IMG/VR virus record: IMGVR_UViG_3300017971_000272
Span: 9,817-73,816 of that record
Strand: one strand, 5' to 3'
From: a virus
DNA length: 64,000 bases
Shown: positions 39,481 to 49,374 of the stretch, piece by piece
Position numbering within the stretch: position 1 is the first letter of the stretch
Layout of the letters: each line of letters begins with the position of its first letter
Notes under the pieces: model-generated
Told to the model about the DNA's origin: nothing
The model's input: the letters and a program-made list of their open reading frames with translations, nothing else
Database searches by the model: none
Made by a program: the position numbers and the translations under genes

Positions 39481-39666
39481 TTAGAATTCAAATACAACTA
39501 CATCATTGTTTGTATCACATATTTTACATTTTATATTATGTATTATCTTATTATCTGACTGTATGGGATTTAATTGATTATTATAAAAACGACCACTTAC
39601 TAATGTATTACATTTTGAACATCTATAAGTTATTTTTAAATATATAACATTAGTCATGTTATTCAT
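39481..39666 (-). CDS. Zinc-ribbon protein
   Basis: CSKC...CKIC. Confidence 0.55.
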   Translation of the reverse strand: MNNMTNVIYLKITYRCSKCNTLVSGRFYNNQLNPIQSDNKIIHNIKCKICDTNNDVVVFEF

Positions 39667-39668
39667 CC

Positions 39669-40346
39669 TTAAAATATATTTATTTCACTGATTATCTCAC
39701 ATAATTGGTTTTTAGTTAATTCAGCATAGCTATTAGGTGTTTCATATATTCGAACAAAAGATATCCCTTTTATATCCCCATCAAACATAAGGGCTTTCCA
39801 GATCCATATAAGAAGATTTTCGGCTGTTGGGTTATATAAAAAATCATTCACATTGCCGTGATCTAATACATCAATTACATAAGTATTGATAATTTTTTTT
39901 AGTTCCTTAAAATCTACCACCATACCTGTTTTTGGATCTATTCTGTTTTCAATACCAATCTGAACTTTCCATTCATGTCCATGCCATTTAGCACAGTTGC
40001 CATCATAATCTGGCAATCTATGACATGCTGCAAATGATAATTCCCTTACAACTGTTACATATGGACGTAACGATTGCTTCTGTTGATCCATGTCTTTAAT
40101 GCATCGCTGACATAAAGGAATCATATTGGATGGCAGGAAGTTTTTGTTATTTTTATCTAAAAAATAAGGATAATTGTACTCATTATCACATTTATAACAA
40201 CAGGGTATGGAACGATCAAATTGTGTTGCATAATCATGTAGTTGACGATAAAACTTATCATAACTAAAACTTACATTGTTTTTCTGTACAGGGTTATTAT
40301 CATTTCTTTTGAAAACCTCTATATCCTGTTCTAAGCTTTTTATCAT
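39669..40346 (-). CDS. queD: 6-carboxytetrahydropterin synthase with N-terminal Zn-finger extension
   Basis: FAACHRL...CAKWHGH, GMVVDF, LDH, NPTAENL, YETPNSYA. Confidence 0.9.
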   Translation of the reverse strand: MIKSLEQDIEVFKRNDNNPVQKNNVSFSYDKFYRQLHDYATQFDRSIPCCYKCDNEYNYPYFLDKNNKNFLPSNMIPLCQRCIKDMDQQKQSLRPYVTVVRELSFAACHRLPDYDGNCAKWHGHEWKVQIGIENRIDPKTGMVVDFKELKKIINTYVIDVLDHGNVNDFLYNPTAENLLIWIWKALMFDGDIKGISFVRIYETPNSYAELTKNQLCEIISEINIF

Positions 40347-40363
40347 AATATAGCTCCTTTTTT

Positions 40364-40410
40364 GGGTTGATTAAATAGCATTATACATAAAATATATATT
40401 TAATCAACCC
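40364..40410. promoter_or_regulatory. 14-bp inverted repeat overlapping the queD promoter
   Basis: GGGTTGATTAAATA-N19-TATTTAATCAACCC; minus strand TTGATT-16-TATAAT. Confidence 0.6.
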
Positions 40411-40433
40411 TATTTTTTAATTTTTTTAATTTT

Positions 40434-40763
40434 TTATTTAGTACGTTTCCTTGAAGGTTTTTTTAAAAACTTATCTAATTGTCTGGGAGTGCTTGCTCTT
40501 AAATCCGGAAATATTTTTTTCAATTCTAAATCAATATAGGTTTTTAAATTATTTATTTCCACTAATATATCTTGCAGGGATGTTATATTGGATCTTCCAA
40601 TATGTTTCCATATAGACCAATTTAAAGCCTCATTCAGTGTAGCATAATAGCCTAACACTTTTTGATATATGTCTTTTTTATTTTCAATTTTCTCATACAG
40701 AATAAATTGAGTACTATCACTTTTAAGATATAAATTTTTACCGATCTGGATATTAATAGGCAT
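40434..40763 (-). CDS. Hypothetical protein (DUF5405-like)
   Basis: LKSDSTQFIL...GYYATL. Confidence 0.55.
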   Translation of the reverse strand: MPINIQIGKNLYLKSDSTQFILYEKIENKKDIYQKVLGYYATLNEALNWSIWKHIGRSNITSLQDILVEINNLKTYIDLELKKIFPDLRASTPRQLDKFLKKPSRKRTK

Positions 40764-40993
40764 AATTTTCTCCCTGTTTTAAGGTTTAAATTAATGGTAA
40801 AATGGCGCTTGAAACTTTATAGTGTACGTATCATTAAAAGATAAACTGATAATATATAGTGAGGTATGGGTTAAAATAATAAGCCTAATGTGCGCTAAAT
40901 GAGAAGGCCAAATTTAAATTTAGATATATCTAAACACTGCTAAATAAATATATACAGTAATTTTAGAAATAAATCAACCCTGTTTTTTAATTT

Positions 40994-42553
40994 TTACCAT
41001 GAAGATATAATAGCTCTGGATAAAGCAGGGCATTGCAATACCTTGATCATCTTCTTTTCGCTGGAATTATTGAACCTGGAAGCTATTTTATTAATACGCA
41101 TAATGCCTTTTTCTTTTTCTGGTTCAGTTTGGTTCAATCCAAAAAAAGAAGTGCCATAAGCTAATTTATTTTTGCTTTCTGAGAAATTACCTTTTTTAAT
41201 CTGTTTAGCATCATAGCTCTTAGCATCTGCTTGGGTAGCTGTAATAACAGCTCCGTCTATCTCAAAAGACAAGGCTCTTAGATCTTTCCATATTTCTATC
41301 TGTTGTTCCCTAATACTAAGCCCTCTACCCTCATATCCTAAAATATCAGCATAATCTATTAACACTAAATCAGGTCTGAATTTCTTGCGTTCTTGTAAAT
41401 CAAATAAATGATTTCTTATTTTTCTTATAGTTAATTCTCCAGTAATATAGGTTTTACTTTCAAATATTCCTAATTTTTTTCTTTTTTTCTTGATAGCTTT
41501 GATCATTTCTTTTTCAGAATATAATTTTATATACTGTTTTTTATACCATACAGTGCCTTTAAACACTTTTTTATTTTTACATGATGTGCACGGGACATGC
41601 TTGGTATATTTATCTGCCTTACCATAAACAGTAGAGCTGTCCAAGTCCTGGATTTCAGTTTCAGTCATGTTTTTAAATATAACTTTATTTTTTGGACGAT
41701 CTGATTTTTTACAACTGCCATTTTGATTCATAATACAATCCAAAACCGGATAATATACAGTTTCACTTTGCTCTTCATTGAGCACAGCTTTAGTTAGATA
41801 TGTCCATAGCTTAATATTAAGCTCTCCCTTTGTCATATCTCCAGCTTGATAAAAAATAACATTCTTTTTCTGATTTATTGCCTTGGCTGCTATATCAAGC
41901 ATTAATGTTGTTTTGCCTCTTTTTTCAGGTCCCATGAAACATACTAATGCTTTTCTATATATTTCATTGCCTATAAATTTATTTAGCTTGGAACTCATTT
42001 TGATGATGGGCTTTCTGTTTGCTTGTTCAATTGTTTCTTTAATCTTATCTTCAATATCAAGTGGTCTATAGGATAATTCATCATCCCGTTCAATGAATCG
42101 GTATTCTTTTATTAATTTTTCAGCATCTTCATGATCATTATCTTGCAGGCTTTCTTTAATCTGCATGGATAAGTTGTCCATACTTATTTTTTTAAAATAT
42201 TTAAATGTCTCATCTACTAAATAATCAACAGCAGGTAGCTTTTGTTTTTGATATTCTTCATCAATGCTATGTAGTATCTCTGTTAAATGCTCTTTTCTAT
42301 CTTCTTGTATTTTGATGTTCTTCATTATTTCATTATCAAACAAAGTACGAAAACTTTCAGATCCTGGAACCTGATTATATTTTCTGAAATAACGCAAACA
42401 CATTTTGGCTAATAATCGGCTATCTTTATCCACTAAATATTCAGATCTGTATTTTGATTCAATCTTACTGGAATATTCTTTGGACATAATAAAACCAGTT
42501 ATAATTTTTCTTTCCATATCATTTGAGAAATAATCATCAACGTAATCAATCAT
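40994..42553 (-). CDS. Replicative helicase (DnaB/gp41-like) with Cys-rich insertion
   Basis: GPEKRGKT, LIDYAD, TATQA; insertion LDC...C...CTSC. Confidence 0.85.
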   Translation of the reverse strand: MIDYVDDYFSNDMERKIITGFIMSKEYSSKIESKYRSEYLVDKDSRLLAKMCLRYFRKYNQVPGSESFRTLFDNEIMKNIKIQEDRKEHLTEILHSIDEEYQKQKLPAVDYLVDETFKYFKKISMDNLSMQIKESLQDNDHEDAEKLIKEYRFIERDDELSYRPLDIEDKIKETIEQANRKPIIKMSSKLNKFIGNEIYRKALVCFMGPEKRGKTTLMLDIAAKAINQKKNVIFYQAGDMTKGELNIKLWTYLTKAVLNEEQSETVYYPVLDCIMNQNGSCKKSDRPKNKVIFKNMTETEIQDLDSSTVYGKADKYTKHVPCTSCKNKKVFKGTVWYKKQYIKLYSEKEMIKAIKKKRKKLGIFESKTYITGELTIRKIRNHLFDLQERKKFRPDLVLIDYADILGYEGRGLSIREQQIEIWKDLRALSFEIDGAVITATQADAKSYDAKQIKKGNFSESKNKLAYGTSFFGLNQTEPEKEKGIMRINKIASRFNNSSEKKMIKVLQCPALSRAIISSW

Positions 42554-44025
42554 TGTTTTCTCCTTTCATTAAAATTCCATCCGATATCTTCTTCACAATG
42601 ACTGATAAAACGGTTAAATGGATGACCTGGATTATCTGATTTTACATTAAATGTGTTTATATTTATTTTCATAATGTCATTCTTTTCCATCCATTCAACA
42701 TAATCTTTTACAAAACGATACACAGATCCATTAAAATAACCCCTTACTTCACATCGCTCAAATGCCTCTTCAAACATATCTTTCTCTTCAATGGGATCAA
42801 TGCCCATAGTTTGCCTACATGGGATGGTCTTCCAGTAATCAAGGATTGGAATAGTGGTTTTTTGTATTAACTGCCTTTTTCCCCCATTACTGTAAAATTT
42901 TGCATCTGTATTGTTAAAGGCAGTTAATATTAAATCAGTTATTTTGGGATTTGGATCATCTTTGAAGTTGGATAATTGACCTTTGATAATCATATTATAA
43001 CTATTTAAGAAGGGAGATGGGATACCATATTTTTTATTTTGAACAAGAAATGTTGATAGAGAACGCCAATGTTTAATTTTTGGGTTATTTCTAATTTCTC
43101 TATATGATTTTTTAATAACCCTATCAATTTCCCGATATCTCCATTTTTTATTGGATATTTTTTTATCTAAATCTAATGTATCAATGGCATATTTATTTAA
43201 TTTATATTTTTTAATATATGTGCCATCCATCAAACTCAAAAGAATGGACAAACTATCTTTGTATGTTTTTTTATCTTCCCTATGTTTACATAGGCCATAA
43301 ATATCTCCCCAATCATGGATAATCTTTTTAGCCTTATCTAAATTATAAGCTTCTTTGTCTTTAATCTTTTTTACATTGGAAGATTGTTTTTTATTAAATT
43401 TAGTTCTTACTCTTTTAATTCCATTTAAAGAATTAAAAGTAAGACTAGATTGATTCGAAGAATCAATATGATCATGAATATGATCATGAAGTTTATTAAT
43501 CTTATTTTTATTATCTTTATCTAGAGATTCCTGAAGTTCAGGAGACTTGATTCCTGAACATAAGGAATCAAGTTGCCTTGTTTTTAACCAACTACTGATT
43601 TTATTGAATATATTGTCCAAATCTTCATCATCTAAGTAAATTCCTTCCATATTATCAATAATATATCCTATATTTGTCATGTTAAATCTATAGTAGTTTC
43701 TTGCTGGATTTCCTTTCAGTTTTATATCTATCAAATTTAGTTCTTTTAATTTTTTTATGATTTTTGACTGTGTGTTTTTTGATATGGGAAGTTCTTTTTG
43801 TATATTTGATAATGTAAAATAAAAGAATTTCTCTTTGTCCAATTGTCCCTTTTGTTTAAAATAATTTTGCTTTGATAACATATATCCTATCCACATAGCA
43901 GTTTCTATCCCGAGAAACTTTAAAATATTAGGATTAACATTCCAATGACCAAAATTAAAATAATCAATGGCTCCTTGTGCTGCTAATGCCTGTTCGTTAC
44001 TTTGAGTTATATGAATATAGGACAT
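42550..44025 (-). CDS. Replication initiator/replisome organiser-like protein (N-terminal wHTH)
   Basis: FFYFT...ISKNTQSKIIKKLKELNLID...GNPARNYYR; directly upstream of helicase. Confidence 0.7.
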   Translation of the reverse strand: MSYIHITQSNEQALAAQGAIDYFNFGHWNVNPNILKFLGIETAMWIGYMLSKQNYFKQKGQLDKEKFFYFTLSNIQKELPISKNTQSKIIKKLKELNLIDIKLKGNPARNYYRFNMTNIGYIIDNMEGIYLDDEDLDNIFNKISSWLKTRQLDSLCSGIKSPELQESLDKDNKNKINKLHDHIHDHIDSSNQSSLTFNSLNGIKRVRTKFNKKQSSNVKKIKDKEAYNLDKAKKIIHDWGDIYGLCKHREDKKTYKDSLSILLSLMDGTYIKKYKLNKYAIDTLDLDKKISNKKWRYREIDRVIKKSYREIRNNPKIKHWRSLSTFLVQNKKYGIPSPFLNSYNMIIKGQLSNFKDDPNPKITDLILTAFNNTDAKFYSNGGKRQLIQKTTIPILDYWKTIPCRQTMGIDPIEEKDMFEEAFERCEVRGYFNGSVYRFVKDYVEWMEKNDIMKININTFNVKSDNPGHPFNRFISHCEEDIGWNFNERRKQ

Positions 44026-44057
44026 GATAATCTCCCTTATTAAATATACTATTCAGA

Positions 44058-44426
44058 TCAATTATAAATACAATATTGTCCAAGAATATCAAAATTAAGC
44101 CTGTAGTAGTTTCTTGCTGGATATCCCTTAAATATCACCTCAATTATTTGTAGATTTTGTAGTTTTTTGATTATGTTTGATTGCTTTGAAAGGCTAAAAC
44201 CAATTATTTCTTTCATGAGTTTTTTACTAATATGAAAAAAACCATCTTTATCAGTTTTATGGATATGTATTCTATGAGACATATCATAAACATAAGCTAT
44301 CCATATTGCACATTCTATACCTATATTACGTATAAGACTTATGCGTATATTTAAATCATCTACATTGCATAAATGATAATATGTTGGATTGATATTATCA
44401 GGAACTACAGCTCTTGATCTTTCCAT
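44058..44426 (-). CDS. Stand-alone wHTH paralogue of the initiator N-terminus
   Basis: GIECAIWI...DGFF...QSNIIKKL...KGYPARNYYR. Confidence 0.75.
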   Translation of the reverse strand: MERSRAVVPDNINPTYYHLCNVDDLNIRISLIRNIGIECAIWIAYVYDMSHRIHIHKTDKDGFFHISKKLMKEIIGFSLSKQSNIIKKLQNLQIIEVIFKGYPARNYYRLNFDILGQYCIYN

Positions 44427-44501
44427 ATCACGGATTCTCCCTGTTTTTATTTCGACAATCTAAGGTACTCTATGGACAGTTTTTGATACTATAAAATAAA
44501 A

Positions 44502-44640
44502 AGGTCATATTTAAAATGTGGAGTAATTGAGTATCTGATAGCAAGGAATTAAATGCTCTGTGTGAGCTGGCAGGTGCTAAGGGATACTAAATTATTTTGG
44601 GAATAATATGATTAATTACTCCACATTTTAAATATGACCT
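44502..44640. repeat. 27-bp perfect inverted repeat with structured 85-nt loop in the rep leader
   Basis: AGGTCATATTTAAAATGTGGAGTAATT (44502-44528) and its reverse complement (44614-44640). Confidence 0.9.
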
Positions 44641-44902
44641 AAGTTTTTTTAAATTCCCTATAATCTACAGTTCACAAATAAAATAATATTAATTCCTTAA
44701 ATTCATATTATTCCCATCTGCAATGGTATACAATTTAATAATAAAAATCAAGTATTTTTATTATTTGTAAAATCAGGTATTAATTATTTAACAGTTACTA
44801 TCTTGTATTGTGAATATTTCTCTGCAAATTGGACATCTCACATCAAAAGACCATTGTATTGTATCATAGCAATCTAATGAATATATAGACTGTGTTTTAT
44901 GA

Positions 44903-45400
44903 TTATTTGTTATTATCTTCATAAAGCATATTATTATGATCTATAAAAGCTGTTAATGCAGTTCTAATTGATTGGAATAATGCAGTTCTAATCGGTTTGT
45001 TTTGTGTTTTAAATTTCAATTCCTCTGAATTATCTATCATCATTTTTAATAATTGAGTAGCTTCTTTCCATGCTGAATATAATTTCTTGTTATCAAATCC
45101 AATAATATTTAATATTCGATTATGTTTATTTTTTACATAGAAAGAAAAGTGATCTGGACAACCTCCGTCATAGTTATCTATAAAACCTGTCCCATAAAGA
45201 TCTTTTATTTCCATTAAGAATTGAATCTCTTTTTTACTGTCAGCATAATATAATATATCAATATCTTTTTTATCTTTATTATCTTTACAAAAAACAGTTG
45301 ATCCGGTTAATGTTCCTTTTTTACGTAATCTTTTATATATGTCTGTTGGGATAGGTTTTTTTGATTTGAGATCATTGCTGATCTCATTCATGTCTATCAT
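44903..45400 (-). CDS. Putative nucleotidyltransferase-fold protein
   Basis: LTGS...KDIDI (GS..DxD). Confidence 0.5.
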   Translation of the reverse strand: MIDMNEISNDLKSKKPIPTDIYKRLRKKGTLTGSTVFCKDNKDKKDIDILYYADSKKEIQFLMEIKDLYGTGFIDNYDGGCPDHFSFYVKNKHNRILNIIGFDNKKLYSAWKEATQLLKMMIDNSEELKFKTQNKPIRTALFQSIRTALTAFIDHNNMLYEDNNK

Positions 45401-45427
45401 AATATACTCCTTATCTTTTAGAATAAT

Positions 45428-46150
45428 TTATAATCCTAAAATCTTAATTTCTTCATCTGTTAATTTTGCCATTGCTTTTTTTCTAACAGCAGCTTCATGA
45501 TCATATTTTGATTCATGCAATTCACATTCAACAACTTGCCATCCAGCATCATACCATTCTTTATTTTTTTGAAAAGTATAATGTGTTTCTTTTAAATTAA
45601 CTTCAATTCCCATGATGCCCTGTTGATTGTTGGTGTATGCAATGGCATGATCTTTTTTAGCAAAGATTTTATCTACCACATAACCGCCTTTTCCTTCTGT
45701 CATGTCTGTTGTTTTTTGCACTACATATACATATTTAATCATTGTTTTATCTCCTTAAATCATTTCTTTTAAGTTTTGAACAATATGCAAAGCTAATGTC
45801 ATATAATCTTTAATTTGCTGTTTATTTGGGACAGGATCATTTACATTACTTAAGGAATGGATAGTTTGAAGAGTATCACAGAATGAACATGATCCATATG
45901 ATATTTTTACATACCAATATTTTGCAGGTGTTTGTTCTTTCGATGCAATAATGAATACTATTGTGCCTTCATATTCCCCATCATCAATAATATGGATTTT
46001 ATCTGGATCAGGTTCTTCACGTTCATCATCTGTTATTGCTTCAATAACAACTTTAACCAGTTGTTGATAATCTTCCATATGTTTTTTAGAAAATTCCTTT
46101 TTCAGTGCATTTCTTTTGTTATCAAATCTTTTAATAAAATATTTAATCAT
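45428..46150 (-). CDS. Two hypothetical proteins (45428-45742, 45755-46150)
   Basis: DMTEGKG...KAMAKLTDEEIKILGL; YGSCSFCDTL. Confidence 0.65.
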
Positions 46151-46154
46151 TGTT

Positions 46155-47045
46155 TTATCTCCCTATTAGTTTATTCATCAATGACTGTGCCTTATTTTTT
46201 GGCATTTCTCCTGGATCTTTATATCCTTTAAGTTTGATCATTTTAACATTTTTGCCTGTAAGCAGTAATGAATTTTTCATTTGTTTCGCTTTTTTTTGTC
46301 CTGGAGCATCTGTATCATATAAGATGTATATATTATCGAACTCAGTCATTAATCTTAGCTGAGAATAGGAATACTGAACTCCAAATGTGGCTACTGCACC
46401 TGGACCTAACATCCATACATCAGCAGCTCCTTCAACTACTACTATTGTATCTCCAGGTACTTTATCATAACCATATAATACCTTTCTATGATCAATAATT
46501 TCATTATCTTTGCTTGCTGCTTTATATTTTAACGGGGATTTATTAGTGGAATCCCTCGATATAAAGGAAATTAGTTCGTTCTTGTAATAAATTGGAATAA
46601 TGATTCTGTGCTTATATGGTCCTATTGGTCCACTTGATTTAACTTCCCACTTGATTTGTATTTCAGTCGGATCATAACCTCTTTTTGCTAAATAACGTTT
46701 ATCGCGATCATTTAAAGGGATTGTTGTGGGCATTTTACAATGGTTTGTGCCTTGTTTTTTTATAGGACTATAGGTTGATCTTGCCTTACCTTTAAACTCC
46801 TTAAAGATGGCCTCTGATTGACTCCAGGATAAACCAGATAATTCTTTTATTACCTTAACTGGATGATGGCTTCCACATCTGTAACAATTGAAATATCCTT
46901 TTTGTAGATTAAATCCTAAATGATATCCTGGATTACCTGTACAAAATGGGCAGGGAGCTTGTATCCATCCATTACGGCAATGTTTATGTCCCTCACTTAC
47001 ATATTCTATATTATATTCATTGTAAAATTCATTAGCATCAAACAT
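46155..47045 (-). CDS. DNA primase (Zn finger + TOPRIM)
   Basis: CPFC...H...CYRC; RIIIPI; VVEGAAD; YDTD; KDPGE. Confidence 0.88.
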   Translation of the reverse strand: MFDANEFYNEYNIEYVSEGHKHCRNGWIQAPCPFCTGNPGYHLGFNLQKGYFNCYRCGSHHPVKVIKELSGLSWSQSEAIFKEFKGKARSTYSPIKKQGTNHCKMPTTIPLNDRDKRYLAKRGYDPTEIQIKWEVKSSGPIGPYKHRIIIPIYYKNELISFISRDSTNKSPLKYKAASKDNEIIDHRKVLYGYDKVPGDTIVVVEGAADVWMLGPGAVATFGVQYSYSQLRLMTEFDNIYILYDTDAPGQKKAKQMKNSLLLTGKNVKMIKLKGYKDPGEMPKNKAQSLMNKLIGR

Positions 47046-47047
47046 TT

Positions 47048-47284
47048 TTATTTATCCTTAATAAAAATATTCCATTCCTTGTTAGTTATTCCTGATATTA
47101 AAAACTCTCTATCATCTATTGATAGATGAGGCACTGCATTTTGTATTAATACTGATTCTTCTTTCCATGATGTATATTGTTGCTCTGTTATTTTAATATT
47201 TTTAGTTGTGATATTTCCAGTAATATCACTGCTGCAAGTAACATCTGCTGTACCATTTTTTTTAAATTTGATATTTTTAATCAT
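47048..47284 (-). CDS. Conserved small phage protein
   Basis: LIQNAVPHLSIDDREFLISGIT..EW. Confidence 0.65.
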   Translation of the reverse strand: MIKNIKFKKNGTADVTCSSDITGNITTKNIKITEQQYTSWKEESVLIQNAVPHLSIDDREFLISGITNKEWNIFIKDK

Positions 47285-47812
47285 TTAGAATCTCCTTTTA
47301 TGAAGAATCTTTCAATTATAATCACAATTGCTGATAATATACACACATCTATTGCCAATATTATTTCAAAGATAAAGTTCATATTAGGTATCTCCTCTTA
47401 AACGTTCCTTTGCTAAATCAATGATAGCAGAAAATGGAATACTATTTGTTGTGCTATCATCCACTATGATATAGTTTTTACGAGTAAAGTTTAGGATTAA
47501 ATCAAGAGTTGCTACAGCTAATTTTGGTTCTAATGATTCTATTTTTTCAATTTGATATCTTTTTATTGACATGAACTTCTCCCTGTTTATTTTAATATTT
47601 TATATGGATAACCTCCTTTTCTTCAAAATAATATTAGCAGTTTATTTAGAAACAATTATACAGTTCAATAAATTCAGCACTAACATAACCAATAGCATCT
47701 CCAAATTGGCATTTATATGCATTTTGTTTCTTGTCATAATCAATAACAAATACTATTTTGTTGATGCCTTTAATCAGTGCTGTCATGTTTTTATCTCCCT
47801 GTTTGATTATTT

Positions 47813-47861
47813 GTTACTCTTGATTACAGTTATACAGAAGATTAAAAATAAAGTCAACCCT
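47813..47861 (-). promoter_or_regulatory. Repeated strong early promoter, copy 1
   Basis: 49 bp identical to 49314-49362; TTGACT-17-TATAAC. Confidence 0.8.
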
Positions 47862-48298
47862 ATTTATTAAATTTAATATTTATTTTATTATTTTTTAAAT
47901 TATCATCAAACCATTTTTCAACCGGACATTTGCAATAATCACCTTTGCAAATTTCAGCAGCATCATGTTGTTTAATCATACTACATACTAAAATATCAAA
48001 TCTTATATTTGGATCTGTGCCTGATGGGAATTCTTCAAAGAATGGGCATTGGGGATGTTTCTTTGTCCCTCTGAAAACATCACTTCTAAACGTGATTTTC
48101 ATGGAATAAAACCTCCAGTTAAATTAAAAAGATAAATCGCTAAATATTGTAGTTAAAAAATTAAAAAGATAAACGGAAAGATAATTAGATATACTGTAAA
48201 TATTAAAAACAAAAACAAAAACTGCTGCAACTGCTATAAACGTAAAAATCTTATTCATAGGCTTCCTTACTTTTTCATTTTATTTATTCAATCAATAC

Positions 48299-48652
48299 CT
48301 ATTTAAAAATCATGTTACTAATAATACGTTGTTTACAAGCATTACATCTGCTCATTAGATCGTTAATATTATATATAAGATCTGCTTCAGCCTCAAGATA
48401 TTCACTTGGAAGATATGATACATCAGGTTGTTGAAATGGAGATTTATGATTCAAGTCCCTATTTTCCATTTCAACAACTAACTGATCATGTCGTTCTTGC
48501 ATTTTTAGAGGCATAATTTGCACTATTGGGAACATTCGTTTGTCGATACGATACTTTTTTATAAAAATATGACGATGTTTATGTATTTCTCCATGTTCCC
48601 CAAGTAAATGTTTTTTACAAAGTAATTTAGGATCTAACATCCACATGCGCAT
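48299..48652 (-). CDS. Pyrimidine-dimer DNA glycosylase (DenV-like)
   Basis: MRMW..DPKLLCKKHLLGEHGEIH...RHDQLVVEM..R..NHKSP. Confidence 0.8.
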   Translation of the reverse strand: MRMWMLDPKLLCKKHLLGEHGEIHKHRHIFIKKYRIDKRMFPIVQIMPLKMQERHDQLVVEMENRDLNHKSPFQQPDVSYLPSEYLEAEADLIYNINDLMSRCNACKQRIISNMIFK

Positions 48653-48963
48653 ATTATATTTTCTCCTTTATTAAATACAAATAATCAGTTCTTCTTCAAC
48701 TGTTATTGTTTTTTCTGTTTCTGACATTTCGGTATGAAGACCAAAATTATCATAAGAACCTAAGTATATGAAAACGCCATTATCAAATTCATAAACTTGT
48801 CCATATACATCATCAAAGTGATATTTCATGATAATGTCTCCCTGTTTTTATAAATAATTTAAATAGTTTTATTATTCCAATGAGCAAATCTCCATAAATG
48901 AGGTCTGAATCTCCAAATATAATTTAACAGTTAAATTGGCAAATCCTCATAAATGGTTTTATA

Positions 48964-49293
48964 CTAACCATTTATTAAAATTGACAATGGATCGAAATTT
49001 TCAGGTGTTTCAATTACGGTTTCAGTGTTTTCAGCCATAAGCTTATCAATGTTTTTTTGGATTGCATTAATAAGTTTTTTATTTTCTTCAATACGACATT
49101 CAAGATTCCAGATTAATTGACTTTTGCGAGTATGAAAACCGTATTCAATTTTAATTTGTTGGGCTTTAGTTTTCTTAACTCTTTTGATTTCGGTTTTGAT
49201 ATTGTCATTATGTTCTTTAAGTTCGCTAATTCTGATTTCTTTATTCATAATTTCGATTGCGGTTTCTGCATCAACAAATTCTAAAGTTTTCAT
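48964..49293 (-). CDS. Early coiled-coil hypothetical protein
   Basis: First gene after promoter copy 2; RBS CAGGGAG. Confidence 0.7.
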   Translation of the reverse strand: MKTLEFVDAETAIEIMNKEIRISELKEHNDNIKTEIKRVKKTKAQQIKIEYGFHTRKSQLIWNLECRIEENKKLINAIQKNIDKLMAENTETVIETPENFDPLSILING

Positions 49294-49313
49294 ATTTTTT
49301 ATCTCCCTGTTTG

Positions 49314-49362
49314 GTTACTCTTGATTACAGTTATACAGAAGATTAAAAATAAAGTCAACCCT
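49314..49362 (-). promoter_or_regulatory. Repeated strong early promoter, copy 2
   Basis: Identical to 47813-47861. Confidence 0.8.
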
Positions 49363-49374
49363 GTTTATTAATTT

